Of a stretch of DNA of 64,000 bases, positions 50,661 to 63,699 are shown piece after piece. This stretch comes from Isurus oxyrinchus. Lineage: Eukaryota. Location of the stretch: contig JANJGN010000039.1 in assembly GCA_026770705.1 (NCBI GenBank), positions 10,478,001 through 10,542,000 on the forward strand. The letters run 5' to 3'. How positions within the stretch are numbered: position 1 is the first letter of the stretch; each line of letters begins with the position of its first letter. Under the pieces are notes generated by a model, which searched no databases, was not told where the DNA came from, and saw only the letters and a list, made by a program, of their open reading frames with translations. The position numbers and the translations under genes are program-made.

Positions 50661-50731
50661 TTTTCCTTAGTGTATTGGGGACTATCCCAGCTTCCACACG
50701 GGAGACCGGGGTTCAGTTCAGCGACGGAGAG
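50661..50731 (+). pseudogene. tRNA-Asp pseudogene
   Basis: ...CTTAGTGTATTGGGGACTATCCC...CGGGAGACCGGGGTTCAGTTCAGCGACGGAGAG resembles tRNA-Asp(GTC); the anticodon arm is degraded. Confidence 0.7.
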
Positions 50732-52582
50732 ACAAGTCCTTCCTCGCGTTGTGCGAGGTGCAAAGCGAGCTCACCCTATTGATTCGCAAACCGGTTTACA
50801 TTTCCACGTGGTGATCGACCGAAAGGGCATCTGCACAGCCTTTCGGACAGAAGGCAGATTTGAAAAGAGGGACCATGAGCAAAATTTCTGGACAGTTCTG
50901 GTTCTCAATATCACCTGTGATCAACGGCCATTTCCGCCATCATTCTGTCTCCTTCCACCTTGTGAGCGTCGAAACGTTTACCCAAAATAACGCATCTCCC
51001 TGTTTATCCAGGGCACTTTAATAAAAAAAAAGACTTTAAGAGATGGCGGCAGCGCAAGTTTTAAAAGATTTTGCAATAATCACTGATCCGGACATACTTC
51101 ACATCCCGCTCACGATTGGTAATCCACGGCTAACTGAGGACTACACCTTCTAAGCAGGTACGGCGCCTGTACCAGATGCTGCTTAGGCCTGAAATAGGCT
51201 TGTCATGGCCAGAGTGTTAACCGAAATGTACACAATGCGTTTCGATGAGCTCCCATGTAGCGAACTCAGTAAAGAAATAGCATTTGAAGGCACGCAAATG
51301 TCCATTAAATGCAATAAATAGGAAAAATAATATCTTATTTCAATAACACGATCCTGTCCTTTCACGTCATTGCTGATTTGTAAATTAGTTATGGTATGTG
51401 AACTCTTCCCTTCAGCACATAAAAAATCAAGCCGAAGGAAACAGCAACCTTGCATGGAGTCTCCTCAAAAGGCCAAGATAACCATTCGTAAAAAAAGTTT
51501 TGCCAAGTATCCCCTGGTTCTGTCAGCAACGCATCACATCTTTGCCGCCGGGTAACTCACTCTATTGCAAGTAAAGTTCTGACTGCCAAAATGTTCCAGG
51601 ATTTCGAACGCCGCTCAATATCCTCGTCAGAATAAATTGTATTAAAAGGTGGGATACGCTATTCGAATTCGCCTTTGCCTGTAGCCCGAGTCATGCATGG
51701 TCTGTGCCTCGCAAGTAAGACTTTCCCTCTGAAGTGTCACATTGCCCGCTGGGTGAGACCACGGGTCATTTAGCACAAGATGAAAAATTGCTGGAAAATA
51801 TCAGAGGGCCTGACAACTTCTGTCGAGATGTTGACCTTTCGACTGCATTGGAGTCTTCATCAGAACGGTCATTAGTCAACTTTGTTCAGAGGTATTTGCT
51901 TATGTTGCCGTAAGCACACTATCCTCACCGCCGTTATGCACTTCTCGTTAGGCAGTTAAAATTCAGCCAGAAATGATTACAGACCTGCGTATAATCTATC
52001 CAATAGCCCCACAAAATTCTGAATCAAAATATGCTTCCCCCATGCAGCCTCTGCTTCCCTGATCTCTTTGTCCCTGTTAGCCCTACCTTCTGCATCTGCA
52101 TGGTTCCTGCCGCTGCACTGAGGCTTTCTCTGCGAAGAGGGCGACCAGAGATTTTTAGAATTCAAAATGTGCCAGCTGGTGATTTAGAAACGTTGTCCAA
52201 CATGTTTTCTTTTGTTGCTGAGAGGAAATGATTAAATAACCTTTTATCTTCCCCTTTTACCGTGATGTTTTGAGTCCCACCCTCTGACTGTTGTCTGGAT
52301 AATGGAAATGGAGCGCGGAGTGTGGCTGCAGTAGGTTAGTGACTGAAACAGAATTCGCTTCGAGACTTTGCGTGTGACAAAATGAGGGAAATAGCCGAAG
52401 AAGAAACGCCTTTGCTTCTGGATGGCGGGAAAAACTGACACGATTGGATGAATTTCGAGAGGGATGATGCATCCGGTGTATTTCGTTGGAATTGTGCAGG
52501 CAAACTGGGTAACTGTTGCCTCAAAATGGAAATTCCAAGGCAACTCAGAATCTCATTGGCTCTGGGGACATTCGCAGGCCTG

Positions 52583-52655
52583 TCCTCGGTAGTATAGTGG
52601 TCAGTATTACCCGCCTGTCACAAGGGAGACGGTGGTTTAATTCCCCGACGGGGAG
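52583..52655 (+). tRNA. tRNA-Asp(GTC), probably a pseudogene
   Basis: TCCTCGGTAGTATAGTGGTCAGTATTACCCGCCTGTCACAAGGGAGACGGTGGTTTAATTCCCCGACGGGGAG. The anticodon is intact but there are anticodon-stem mismatches and a B-box TTC>TTT change. Confidence 0.8.
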
Positions 52656-53510
52656 GCACGACTTTGTTCGAAACGTGTGCGGTGGAAGCCGTGCTCACTA
52701 TTTTGCATTAAGTTTTTGGATTTCTTTTTTGGCAGTTACCATTCCTCCTAAAATGCAATCAGCGCTGCAGAATGTTTGTTCAAAGGACTAACACAACTGT
52801 CCTTCAAAACCTTCTATCCTCTTGCATCCTTTGGTTCCGTGAAATCATTGCGTCCTGCATGTCCTCCCTTCTGCAATTAAAGATTTCAAAATGATTTGCG
52901 ACATTTAATCGGTCGACCGAGCGTCTTCCTTAACTCCTGTGTTTAAAACTGGCTAAGAACACTCAAGTTTTCTCTATTATATTTGCATTTCGAAGCTGCC
53001 AAACATGCCTCGTGTCGCTGCACTGAGCGGTTCTCTCTGAAGAGACTGCCCAGCAACATTAAACAGCCACAGAATGTGCCAGCTGGTGATTTGAAAATGT
53101 TACTTCCGGACCTGTTTGCTTTTGTTGCTCATTGGGAATGAATAAACAATGTCTCTTACTGGTTTCAGGTGATGATTTGACTCCGACCCCATGATTGTGG
53201 TTGTGCTGAAAATGGAAATGAAGACCTTAGCGGATCCGTAGGGTGCAGGGGACTGAAGTAGATGGACGGCTTCAAACCTTGCGAGTGATCAAATGAGACA
53301 AATTTTGAGTGATGAAGCACATTTTCTTCTGAATAAAGGACAAAACTGAAACGATGGATTGATGACCTGGAGGGAAGATGCGCGCCGCCTATTTTGCTGG
53401 AATGTAAATATCTGGCTTATGCAGGAAAACGGAGAAATTTGTGTAACAAAACTGTGGCTAATGGCAGATTGAAATCTCACTAGCCGACTGCGCGAACACA
53501 GGCCGGGCTC

Positions 53511-53566
53511 TCCTGGTTAGCATTGCGGTTAGTATCCTCAATTGTCACGCGGCAGAAAACGGGGAG
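53511..53566 (+). pseudogene. tRNA-Asp pseudogene lacking the T arm
   Basis: TCCTGGTTAGCATTGCGGTTAGTATCC..TGTCACGCGGCAGA..ACGGGGAG. Confidence 0.7.
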
Positions 53567-55559
53567 ACAAGCCCTTGTTCCAAACGTTAAACATTGAAAG
53601 CGGCCATGCTGCTTTACCTTCGCAAATTGCTTTCCAGTCCCGCGTGGGTGTTCATCATAATGTTCCAGCGCTCAGCCTGGCGGACAGGGCGCAGATTTGC
53701 GTGAAGCAAACATGAGCAACCTTGCTGGACAGAGCAGGTGATCACAATCTCCGGTGGGATTCGGCCGTTTGCCCCATTATCGCCCATGGCTTGTCGGATT
53801 AAACAACCATCGCCGCGTTTCCCCGAGACAATTAATTTCTTGTGTTTCTATGACATTTTCCTGAAACGACATGTTTTGGAAACAACAACGGCACAACTCA
53901 TATTAGATTTTGCAAAGAAACACAAAGCCGACTTTCTTCACAACCTGACACTAATGAGGATCGAACACTGACTGAAGACAATATGTTCTAGACAGCGTCA
54001 CAGTTCCAGATCAGCTGCATCGTATCCGGTTAAAGCCTTAATTAAGGCCGCGGTGGCTAGTGTGTGATGTACAATTAACGCAATGAGTGTTAGTGAGCTA
54101 TGAACCGCATAACCCAGAAAGTAAAGCACATTGAGGCACGCAAATTACAATTATGTGCAATAAATATGAAATATGCAAAAAAATTTCAATTACCGTCTCA
54201 TCCGTTCGCTGTTCTCCCTCCTTTCTCTGCATTGATTAACCTGTAACTTCCTCAGGAAATGCAAACACTTCCTTTGAGTAAATTGCAATTCAGTAAGAAG
54301 TCAACAAAAAGCACGTTGCATACAGTCTCTTCAAGAGGCCAAATTAATTTTGCGTAAAAAAAAAGTTCTCTCGCCCGGTGACTCGTCTTTTTGTAACTGA
54401 ACTCTTCTTTCTGATAACGTCCCTGTATTTTGAACTCATATCTGTACCCTCTTCAGAAAATGCTTTGCTTCTATGGGAGCAGATGTATTCGGTTGATCTT
54501 TGCATGTAACCGCAGTCATGCATGGTTGTTGCCGCATCACTGAAAATATCTCTGTCTAGTGTGATGCCCAGAAATCTAAAATATCCACAGGGTGGATCAA
54601 CCGGTGACTTCCCAATTTGCTTCGGGCGTCTTTGCTTATGTTGCGATACTTATAGGATTTAGACTTCTCTATTGGCAGTTAACATTCAGCCTGAATTGAA
54701 AACAGCCTTGCAAACAGTTTGTTAAATGGACTGACACAATTCTGCCTCGAAACATTCCCTCCTCATGCAGCCCCTGGTTCCCTGAAATCATTAACCCGCT
54801 GATTGCGCACCCATCTGCAAGAAAATTTCACCTAAATGTTCGTGATTTTTAACCCCTCGATCGAGCGCCTTCTTTCATTTCTGTGCTGAAAGCTAACCTT
54901 GACCAATCCTTTATTTCTCATGTCCCGCTGTCCGACATAGCTCCTGCCGCAGCACTCAGCATTTCCCTCCGAAGGGAGCCAGGAAGGATTAAAAATCCAG
55001 AATTCGCTGGACGGTGATTTGTAAATCTGGGTTCGGACAAGTTTGCTTATGTTGCTGAGTGGAAATGAATAAACCATGTTTGTTTCCTGTTTCATATGAC
55101 GTGTTAAAACCGGCCCCCTGATGGGATTTGGCCTAGAAATGGAAATGCAGCGCGTACCGGGTGTGCAGATGTCGGGTGTCTGAATTAGACGGGCGGCTTC
55201 AATGTTTCCAATGACTAGATTGGGGAAATTCTAGCTAACGATGCATTTTGGCTTTGATGATAAAGGGCAAAAACGGCTGAGCAATGATCTAGAGAAATGA
55301 TACTTCACGTGTGCTTGATTGGAATGTACATTTCTGAGTAGTGCAGGAAAATTGGGACATTTCCAGGTTTCAGTTCCCCGTCAGGGACAGAAATATCTCT
55401 TCACGCCGTGAAGCAAGGACTCATATTTCTGATTCGCAAATCCGTTTTCCTTGTCACGCTGAGATCATTGTAAAGGTCATTCACTCAGCAGAATTGCAAT
55501 AAGTTGTCTAGTTGATAAGAATAGGCCTTTCAGAATTGGCGCAGGGGCGACGGTTGGTG

Positions 55560-58500
55560 AGTGTCAGATGAATAACTATGTTATAAATTTCTGTCCTAAA
55601 CATGTCACATACAATTTAATGTATGCCTGCTTTGCTGGGTCATGTGGAATGTGCATCTGCCAGGCGTCGGAGATAGCGCAGGCACAAAGTGTTCTGGATG
55701 ACTACATCTGCAGGAAAAGTATCCAGCTGCAGAAACTTGAGCTGCGGGTTGCGGAACTCCAGTGGCGACCACAGTTGCTGTGGTGCATCCAGGAGGCTGA
55801 GGATTACGTGGAAAGCAGGTTTAGAATGGAGGTCACACCGCAACGAAGTAGTCGACAGTTAATAATGGATTGAATGGCCGCCAGAGTAACTAAGGGAAAC
55901 AGGAATGCGGTGCTGGAATTCGCTGAGTTGATCTAGCTCTGTAAATGTGTTGTCATGTCCCTTTTCGGATGTTGGTAGGCGAGGCCGGTCCTCAGAGACA
56001 TGCAGGAAGAGTCAAATTCTTTGGAAGACTGGTGGCTCAGCTATACAGAATGAGAGGAGGATGAGCAAATGTGCTACCCAAGTAGGGGATTCCATAGCTA
56101 GGGGAGCAGACAGGATTTTCTGCCGCTGTAGATGTCACTGCAGGATGTGATGTTGCCTGTCTGGTGCCAGGGCCATGGATGTCACAGAGCTGCTGCAGTA
56201 CCTTTCTTTTTCTGCAGGAGGGTGAACACCCAGATGTGGTGGGCCAATTTGGGACCATGGGGAGGAGAAATGATGAGGTCGTGAAGTCATTTTTTAGGGA
56301 ATTAGAAAGGGAATTACAAAGCAGGAACACAAGAGCAACAACCTCACTATTACTCCCAGAAACACTTGCTAGTGATCATAAGAACGGGACTTTTAAACCG
56401 TTCAACCCGAAGCACAACAAATGGATTGGGAGGAATGGCATTTTTATTTCTTAGTTATTGGGACCAGTTATGGGGCAGCTGGAGCCCGTAATTACGCGCG
56501 GGTTACAGATCAACAGAGCCAGGAGTCGAATGTCCTTGTGGGAAGGTTTGCTGTTGCTGTTGGGAGATTTAAATACATCGGCATGGGGAGGGAAACCGAA
56601 AGGGATTTCTAAGCTGGAGTGGAGAAAAAAACCTGGCATTGGGAATTAGAGAAATATTCACTGAAAAGAAGGAGATATCAGACAGCAGCATTAAAATAAG
56701 TCGAACACTTGGGGAGCGTTATAGAACTAAAAGCCGCAAAAGAACGTTGTTAGATGAAGTCAGGATGAGGGAATTTTTTTTTAAAGAGCCTAAATCAGGC
56801 TTAACATGTATGTAAACCAATGCACATATTATGATTGTAAAGATTGGTGAACTAATGCACAGGTTGACAAATGGGAATATGGGATTATTGCTACAACAGA
56901 AGCCAAGTTCAAAGAAAGGCACTCCTGGGCATTAAATATTCCAGGGTGAAAAATGTCGAGTAGAGACAGGAGGGATGGCTAATTATAACAATATTAGGCA
57001 GGAACTCAGGAATTTAGACTGGAGGCGGATGTTTGAGGGTAAATCAGCAACCTACGTGTGGGGGACTTTCAAACGTCACTTGTTAAGAATTCAGGGCCGA
57101 CATGTTCCTGCTAGGATGAGGGATATATATGGCAAATTTCGGGAAGATTCAATAACGATGGAAATTGTGAGATTAGTCAAAAAAAAAGAAAAGAAAAGCA
57201 TTCGTAGTATTCGATGGGAATAGATGTAGACCATGGAGAATATGAAGAAAGTCAGAAGAAACTTAAGCGAGGAGTCAGGAAAGGTAAAATGGGTAATTAA
57301 ATGTAATTGGCCACTAGGATTAAGGAAAATCTCAAGGCCTTTTATACATATGAAAAAAGCAGGGGGATAGCGTGCGAAAGGGTAGGCCCACTCAGGGGCA
57401 GAGGTGGGAAACTGTTTGTGGAGCCAGAAGAAGTAGGTGAGGTACTAAATGAGTTCTCACCAAAGAGGAGGACTTAGCCGTTGATTTGTCTAGTGAAGAG
57501 TCTTTACATAGCCTGGATAATGCTGAGATGCAACAAGAGTAAATGTTAGGCGTCTTGAAGAATATTAAGGTGGATACATCCCCAGGGCCAGATCAGATCT
57601 GCCCCAGAGTACTGAGGGAGGCAAGGGAGGGGATTGCTGGGTCTTGACAGAAATCATTGCATCATCAGTGGATACTGGAGAGGTCTCACAGAACTGGAGA
57701 ATGGCCAATGTTGTTCCATTGTTTAAGAAGAGTAGCAGGGATAATCCAGGAAATAACAGACCAGTGAGCCTTATGCCAGTAGCAGGGAAATTATTGGAGA
57801 ACATTCATTGCAACAGGATTTACTGCCACTTCGAGGCAAATGGGCGTATTACTGAGAGGCAGCATGGTTTTGTGAAGGGCTGGTCGTGTCTCAACAACTT
57901 GATGGAGCTTTTCGAGGAGGTGACAAAGATGATCGACGATGGAATTGCAGTGGATGTTAGCTAAATGGATTTCAGTAAGGCCTTTGAAAAGGTGCCTCAT
58001 GGCAGACTGGTACAGAAGGTAAAGTTGCATGGGATCAGACGTGAGCTAACAATATGGATACAAATTTGGCTTGGTCATAGAAGACAAAGTGTAGCAGTGG
58101 AAGGGTGATTTTCTGAATTGAGAGCTCTGACTAGTGGTCATCCACAGGAAGCAATGCTGGGACCTTTGCTCTTTTGAGTATATGTAAATGATTTGTAAGA
58201 ACATGTAACTGATCTAATTAATAAGTTTGCAGACCACACTAAGATTGGTGGAGTTGCACATTGTGAAGAGGATTGTGAAAGATTACAACGGAATAGAGAT
58301 CAGTTGGAGAATTGGGCGGAGAAAGGCAGATTGAGTTTAATCCGGAAAAATTCGAGTTAATGCATTTTGGAAGGCCTAATACATGTAGGAATTAAAGTAA
58401 ATGGCTGAACTCTTAAGTGCATCGACGGGCCGAGGGATCTGGGTGAACAGGTCCACAGGTCATTGAAAGTGGCAATGCCAGTGGATAACGTAGTCAGGCA

Positions 58501-59140
58501 GGCATACGGCATGTTTGCCTTTATCGGCAGGTGTATTGGCTATAAAAGCTGGGAAGTCAGGCTGCAGCTGTATAGAACCTTGGTTAGGATATTGAGTGCC
58601 ATTCTGGTCTTCAAATTACCAGGTGGATATGGAGGCATTGGAAAGTGTGCAGAGGGGGTTTACCAGGTTGCGGTCTGGTCTGGAGCTTTTTAGCTATGAG
58701 AAGAGTTTGGAGAAACTTGTTCTGTTATGGCTAGAGCGACAAAGACTGAGGGGTGACAAAATAAAAGTTTACAAAATTAAGAGTGGCATGGACAGAGCAG
58801 ACAGTCCAAAGCTTTTTCCTGGGATGCAGGGTTCAATTACTAGGGGACATACATTTAAGGTCAGAGAAGAAAATTTCAGAGGTGAATTGCGGGGCAAGTT
58901 TTTTGACGCAGGGTGCAGTGAGTGTCTGGAATTCACTGCCAGAGAACATTGTGGAAGTTGGTACGATAGTGGTGTTTAAGTGGCAGCTTGGAAATACATG
59001 AATATGATGGGAATATAGGGATACGGACCCCGGAAAGGAAAAATTATTTAGTTTGACAGGCAGCATTTTCAGCGCAGGCTTGGAGGCCCGAAGGGCCTGT
59101 TCCTGTGCTGTACTTTTCTCTGTTCTTTGTTCTTTGTTCT
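55560..59140 (+). mobile_element. Near full-length degenerate CR1 LINE (ORF1 plus internally deleted ORF2)
   Basis: ORF1: CGMCIC..DDYICRKSIQLQKLELRVAEL and VGDSIARGADRIFC. ORF2: WRMANVVPLFKK..NNRPVSL..QHGFVKG. Tail ggaggcccgaagggcctgttcctgtgctg..(ttctttg)n. Many stops. Confidence 0.92.
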
Positions 59141-59900
59141 GATTGATTGTGGAGACTGTCACTTAATTTACAGAATCAGGGGTCATTCAGTTCGTACATG
59201 ATTTTGGACACAGTCACTCAGGTGACAGAGAGTGTCGCCTGTCACTATATTAAATAATTAGGAAGTCTGTCACCAAGGGTACAGAGACGGTGTCAGTCAT
59301 TATAGGAAAGGATTTGGAATACGGTCACTGTTTCCAGAGACTGGGTGCATTCACGATAGCAATTGATTGGGGGTACTGTCATTCAAGTTAAAGAGGCAGA
59401 GCTCATTCACGAAAGCAATTGATTGAGGAGGCAGTCACTCAGGTTTCAGAACCAGGGACAACCAACATGGGGACTGATTGGGCATAATGTCACTCAGGCT
59501 ACAGAATCGGGGCCACTCATGAAAAGCAACCTATTGGTGAGACTGTCATTTAGGTTACAGAGCCGAGTCCAGACACGACTGAAATTGATTGGGGCGAAAG
59601 TCACTCAGGTGAAAGAGGAGGGAAACAGTCATGCATAGAAATTGATTGGGCGTCTGTCAGCTTACTGTACTACGGGCCTGTCAGTAGTACATTAGTACAG
59701 ATAACTAGGGAGATTGTCACTCAACATACAGAGCCGGCGGCCTGTCAGCATAGTAATTGATTGAGGAGCCTGTCACTCAAGTTACAGAGCCGGGGCTCAA
59801 TCATTATTGTAATTTAATGGGGAATATGTCATTCAGGTTGCAGAGTCAGGGGCCTGTAAATATAGCAATTGATTGAGGATAATGCAACTCAAACTAAAAA
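59141..59900. repeat. Degenerate ~56-bp minisatellite, about 13 units
   Basis: Consensus approximately AATTGATTGGGGAGACTGTCACTCAGGTTACAGAGCCGGGGCC; the ATTGATTG motif recurs at 59361, 59417, 59474, 59531, 59583 and 59640. Confidence 0.85.
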
Positions 59901-60914
59901 GCCAGATTTTGGGTACTCAGATGTTTCCTATGTTGAAAGCTCGGATTGTTGCCAACGTAGGAAATGAAGGATTATTTTCAATAGAATGAAAAACTGGATT
60001 TGTGTAGAAGGCCAGCAGAAATGTGCCGAATGACCTGCCCCCGCAGCTATTCCCTATGCCCTTGAATAAAAGCGGAGTGTGGTGGTGGTGCTGGCGGTGC
60101 AGGAGTCCACAAAATGATTCAATCTGCATTGTCAAAGTGTGAAAGCTCGAGAATAGCTGCCCCCCTCATGCCAGCAGCTTCCTGGATTCCTGTTCTAGGC
60201 GCATCCAGATATTGTCCAGGTCTGTTCCCTCCCCCCTTACACCCATTCAGACCGGTAACCGTACATCCACTGCCGAGGGTTTATTCCTGCACTGACCTCG
60301 CCATCACCATAAGTCTAGAAATCGTTTAAACAAAGGGAGAATAAAGCAACCACACCAAGATGAGGCTGTGATCAATGCAAATAATTTTATTGCTGATTAT
60401 AGATCATTATTGCACTAAGAAAAAGAGAGGTTCGGAGATGGGGTGGGTCCTGTCGCGCACACCCAAGTACACGGCTCGTGCTTATTCTGGGATCACGATT
60501 GCGGTTGGGTGTTGGGGAGAACACTCACTGGAGATTCATCCCAGACCCGGATAGCAGCAATCTGAACCGTTATCACAGAAATATTCTTCAAGCAAATAAC
60601 CCGGTGGGCCATTCCATCGGCATCCTCACATTTACTCGTGGAGGAATCTGTAATTTTAAACAAAGAGTCACTTGGACAATCAGCCTGAGGAGCAGAGAGG
60701 AGAGTGAAGAGCAGTGGGAGATTGGTTTTCCTTTTTATGTTCACCGTGGCGATGTACGAAATGCAGCAGCGAGTGTTTACACAGCAATACATGGAAACAG
60801 CAAGAGAACTGAAAGCTCAGGTTGTTTTTCAGGATCGGACATTGGGTCATGTCAGTACTTGCAGGGGGGAGAAGTGACCAAAAGCTCGATATAGAAAATA
60901 TTTTAGTCACATCA

Positions 60915-62270
60915 TAAAGGGGGAGAGAGGGTCAGAGAGATTTAGGGATGGAATCCAGGGTTCAGGTTCCAGGAAGCTGATGGCCGAAGAAAGGAAGGGT
61001 TGAAAGGAAAGATGTGTAAGAGAGACGGGAACCACAGCAGTGCAGAGATGACTGAGGTTGTCGGGAACTGGAAGAGGTTATGGTGATTGAGGGCTGTGGG
61101 AACCTGCGGACTTGGCGAGGGTTCCAGTTGATGGGAGAAGTTACGAAGACAGAGAGGATTGTAGAAAATGGCAGGTGTTATGGAGATGTAGAGGATTGTA
61201 GAAGATGGGGAATGTTGCGTAGATGGAGATTGCTACTCGAACTGGTGGAGTTCACATAATTTGGCAGAGTTGTAAGGCCTGGAGAAGTTCAGGAAGACAG
61301 AGACTTTTATATAAACTGGCAATGTTTACAGGGATAGGGAGGGGGTGACAGGGAATGGATGAGGCTGCAGAGAAAGGGACAGGTTTGTAGAGGCCGGATT
61401 TTCTTTTGACAGAAATAGTTGTGAATAGTTTTCTTTTCACAAAATAGTTGTGAAGAATGTGGGTTGCCACGGAGATATGGAAGTCTAGGGGCCACAGGAG
61501 GCACGGAAAATGTCATGGCTGTTGGTGTTGAGGGAAGTAATGGCGATTGTGAGCCTTGTAGGACTGGAGTTGTTCACACAGTTTGCGAGTGTTGGGGGAT
61601 TGAAGATGCTTTGTAACAGTTGGTAATGTTAATGACATGGATGCTTTTGTTGGCTGAAGAAGGTGATAAAGATGGGGGTGGTTGCAGGGCTGGGGTAGGT
61701 TATGGACATTCAAGGAATCGGCAGTGCTGGAGTTTTTTAAAGAGACAGGCAAGGTTGTGAGGGCTGTGGGAATTTAAAGAGTTAAAGAGAGTTGATGAGA
61801 TTGTGGAGATTTCAGACAAAATAGTTCTCCAAAGGGTTGGATGTGCTGACATAGATAGGCATTGCAGCATGTTCTAGTGGACTTTACAGAGATAGAGAGG
61901 TTGGCAATGGCTGTTAATAGCTTACAGAGGTAGTGAGGGTTGTCAATGCTGGAGGAGGTTATGGAGATAGGGAAAGTTGACGGGGCTGGAGGAGGTTATG
62001 GAGATAGGGAGGGTTGTCACGGCTGGAGGAGTTTACGTGTATCGAGAAGTTTTGACCACTGCGAGAACTCATAGGCACACAGAGCCTTGGAGGGGCTGGT
62101 GGTATTTCCTTGATGGGCAGTTATGAAGCGGCTGCATGATGTTATGGAGAGAAAGGCTATTGTAGGGGCTCGAGATTTTCATAGGGACAGGAAAGGTTTT
62201 GGAGGAAGGAAGAGGTTGCAGTGGCCTGCACTCTTGAGGGATGTAGAGGGATTTGGATGCAAGAATGGGA
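60915..62270 (-). repeat. 37-bp minisatellite (about 30 units) expanded within an L2 LINE 3' fragment
   Basis: Unit GCTGGAGGAGGTTATGGAGATAGGGAGGGTTGTAGGG, flanked by L2-like gagagatttaggga.ggaatccag and gagggatttggatgcaagaatg. Confidence 0.75.
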
Positions 62271-62949
62271 ACGACAATAAGGCTGGTTTAATTCCCGCTC
62301 CAACATTCTCCCTTTGTTGTTCTTGAGCACTGATTGGAAGGGAAAGGGACTGAAAGAGCTCCTCAAACCTCTCCTCTCACCCTTCACCCTAAGAACCACA
62401 CGGAGAATCAAAGAGTTAGAAATGGACATTGTTCCAAATAGCTGCTGGGGACAGGGAGGTCGCTATTCACCCACGACCTGGAAATCCTGAGCAATCAGCA
62501 GGAGACCAAGAACCAGGATCAGAGTCTTCATCATCTTGAACAGAACCCTTCAGCGTCAGGATCAGTGAACTGGACACTAGAGACTGTGTGTGGAACAACA
62601 GAGAGCGCTTGTGAGAAGTTAACATTCCGGAGACGAGGAGAGGCTCCTGCTGAGGCAAATAGCTTCTGTCAAACTGAGACATGATTGGCAGTTTGGCTCA
62701 GGGTTCAAGACAATGGGTGTGGATAACCCAAGGTTTTATCAGGAGTGACCTCGACTCTTGTTAATCCAGAAGCAATCTCATCTTTTGAAACACGGTTTCT
62801 AGTGGGGTGACAACAGAATCTACCCCAGTTAAATATCTGGGCAATAATAAATAAGCAGGGCCGAAACTGTACCTGAACTTTGGTCTGCATTTGAAGAGGA
62901 GCAAATTCGGGCAAGCGAGCGAGACGAGTGTGGACGGGGACCCCATAAT

Positions 62950-63510
62950 GAACCAAGTCAGAGTCCCAATGCTGAACCTATAACAATCCTGGACACAATC
63001 CGCACACTGAAGACAATCTACACCTGGAACCCTGAAACTCGGCTGACCGAATCCTCTGACTGAAAACCGTCCAGAGTCTGAACACAGAATAACTTTTGAC
63101 ACATATACCACGTTGAATACAGTCTCCACTCTGAACACCTCGATCATACTCCGCATCCTGAACACAGTTCCCCACACGGAATCTATAACAACCCAGGATA
63201 CAATCCCCACAAAAACAGAAAGACACACTGGACACACTGGCCACGCTGAGGAGGGTCCACACTCTGAACACAGAATCACCTCTGAGACAATCCCCACACT
63301 GAATACATTCCCCACAGTGAACACAGTCTACACACTGATCACAATTCCACTCTGATCACAGGCACTATTCTGAATCAGATTCAAAATTTGAACACAGAGC
63401 GACGCTGGAACAAATATTCGCAGTGAACACAGTCCCCATTCTGAATAATATCGCCTGTCTGAAAAAAGTGTCCATGCTCAACATTACAGCACACGTCTCA
63501 AAGTCCACAT
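62950..63510. repeat. Degenerate ~18-bp tandem repeat (CACTCTGAACACAGTCCC)
   Basis: Direct inspection; also explains the repetitive ORFs at 62761-63355. Confidence 0.8.
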
Positions 63511-63699
63511 TCTGTCCAATTATCACAATCAATGAGGGATGGAGAGTGTGGTGTTCCCAGGCAGATGATTGTTAGATGAGATCTCCATATGAAACATATT
63601 ATTGTGCGCGTTTTGTTTCTAATTTTACACAGGCCATGATTTAACAATGTTTAGATTATTAAAAAGAATTTCAAAGGTAGTGAACAATGAGGAAGGTAA

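Larger units (their letters stand above)
50570..55480 (+). repeat. Decayed tandem array of ~1.92-kb tRNA-Asp-containing units
   Basis: Homologous leader gtgc(a)gg(c/a)aaa(c/t)tggg at 50570, 52495, 53420 and 55341 (spacings 1925, 925, 1921), with homologous spacers. Confidence 0.75.

Noticed and set aside
62420-62950. Possible NLR N-terminal (CARD-like) remnant ending GKRARRVW
   Set aside because: Only a short motif resemblance from memory, several stops, and no NACHT exon in the window.
62761-63355. 187-aa and 80-aa ORFs
   Set aside because: Products of the 18-bp tandem repeat.
59141-63510. Periodic repeats considered as CRISPR-like arrays
   Set aside because: Vertebrate context, units diverge along their whole length with no repeat/unique-spacer alternation, and there are no cas genes.
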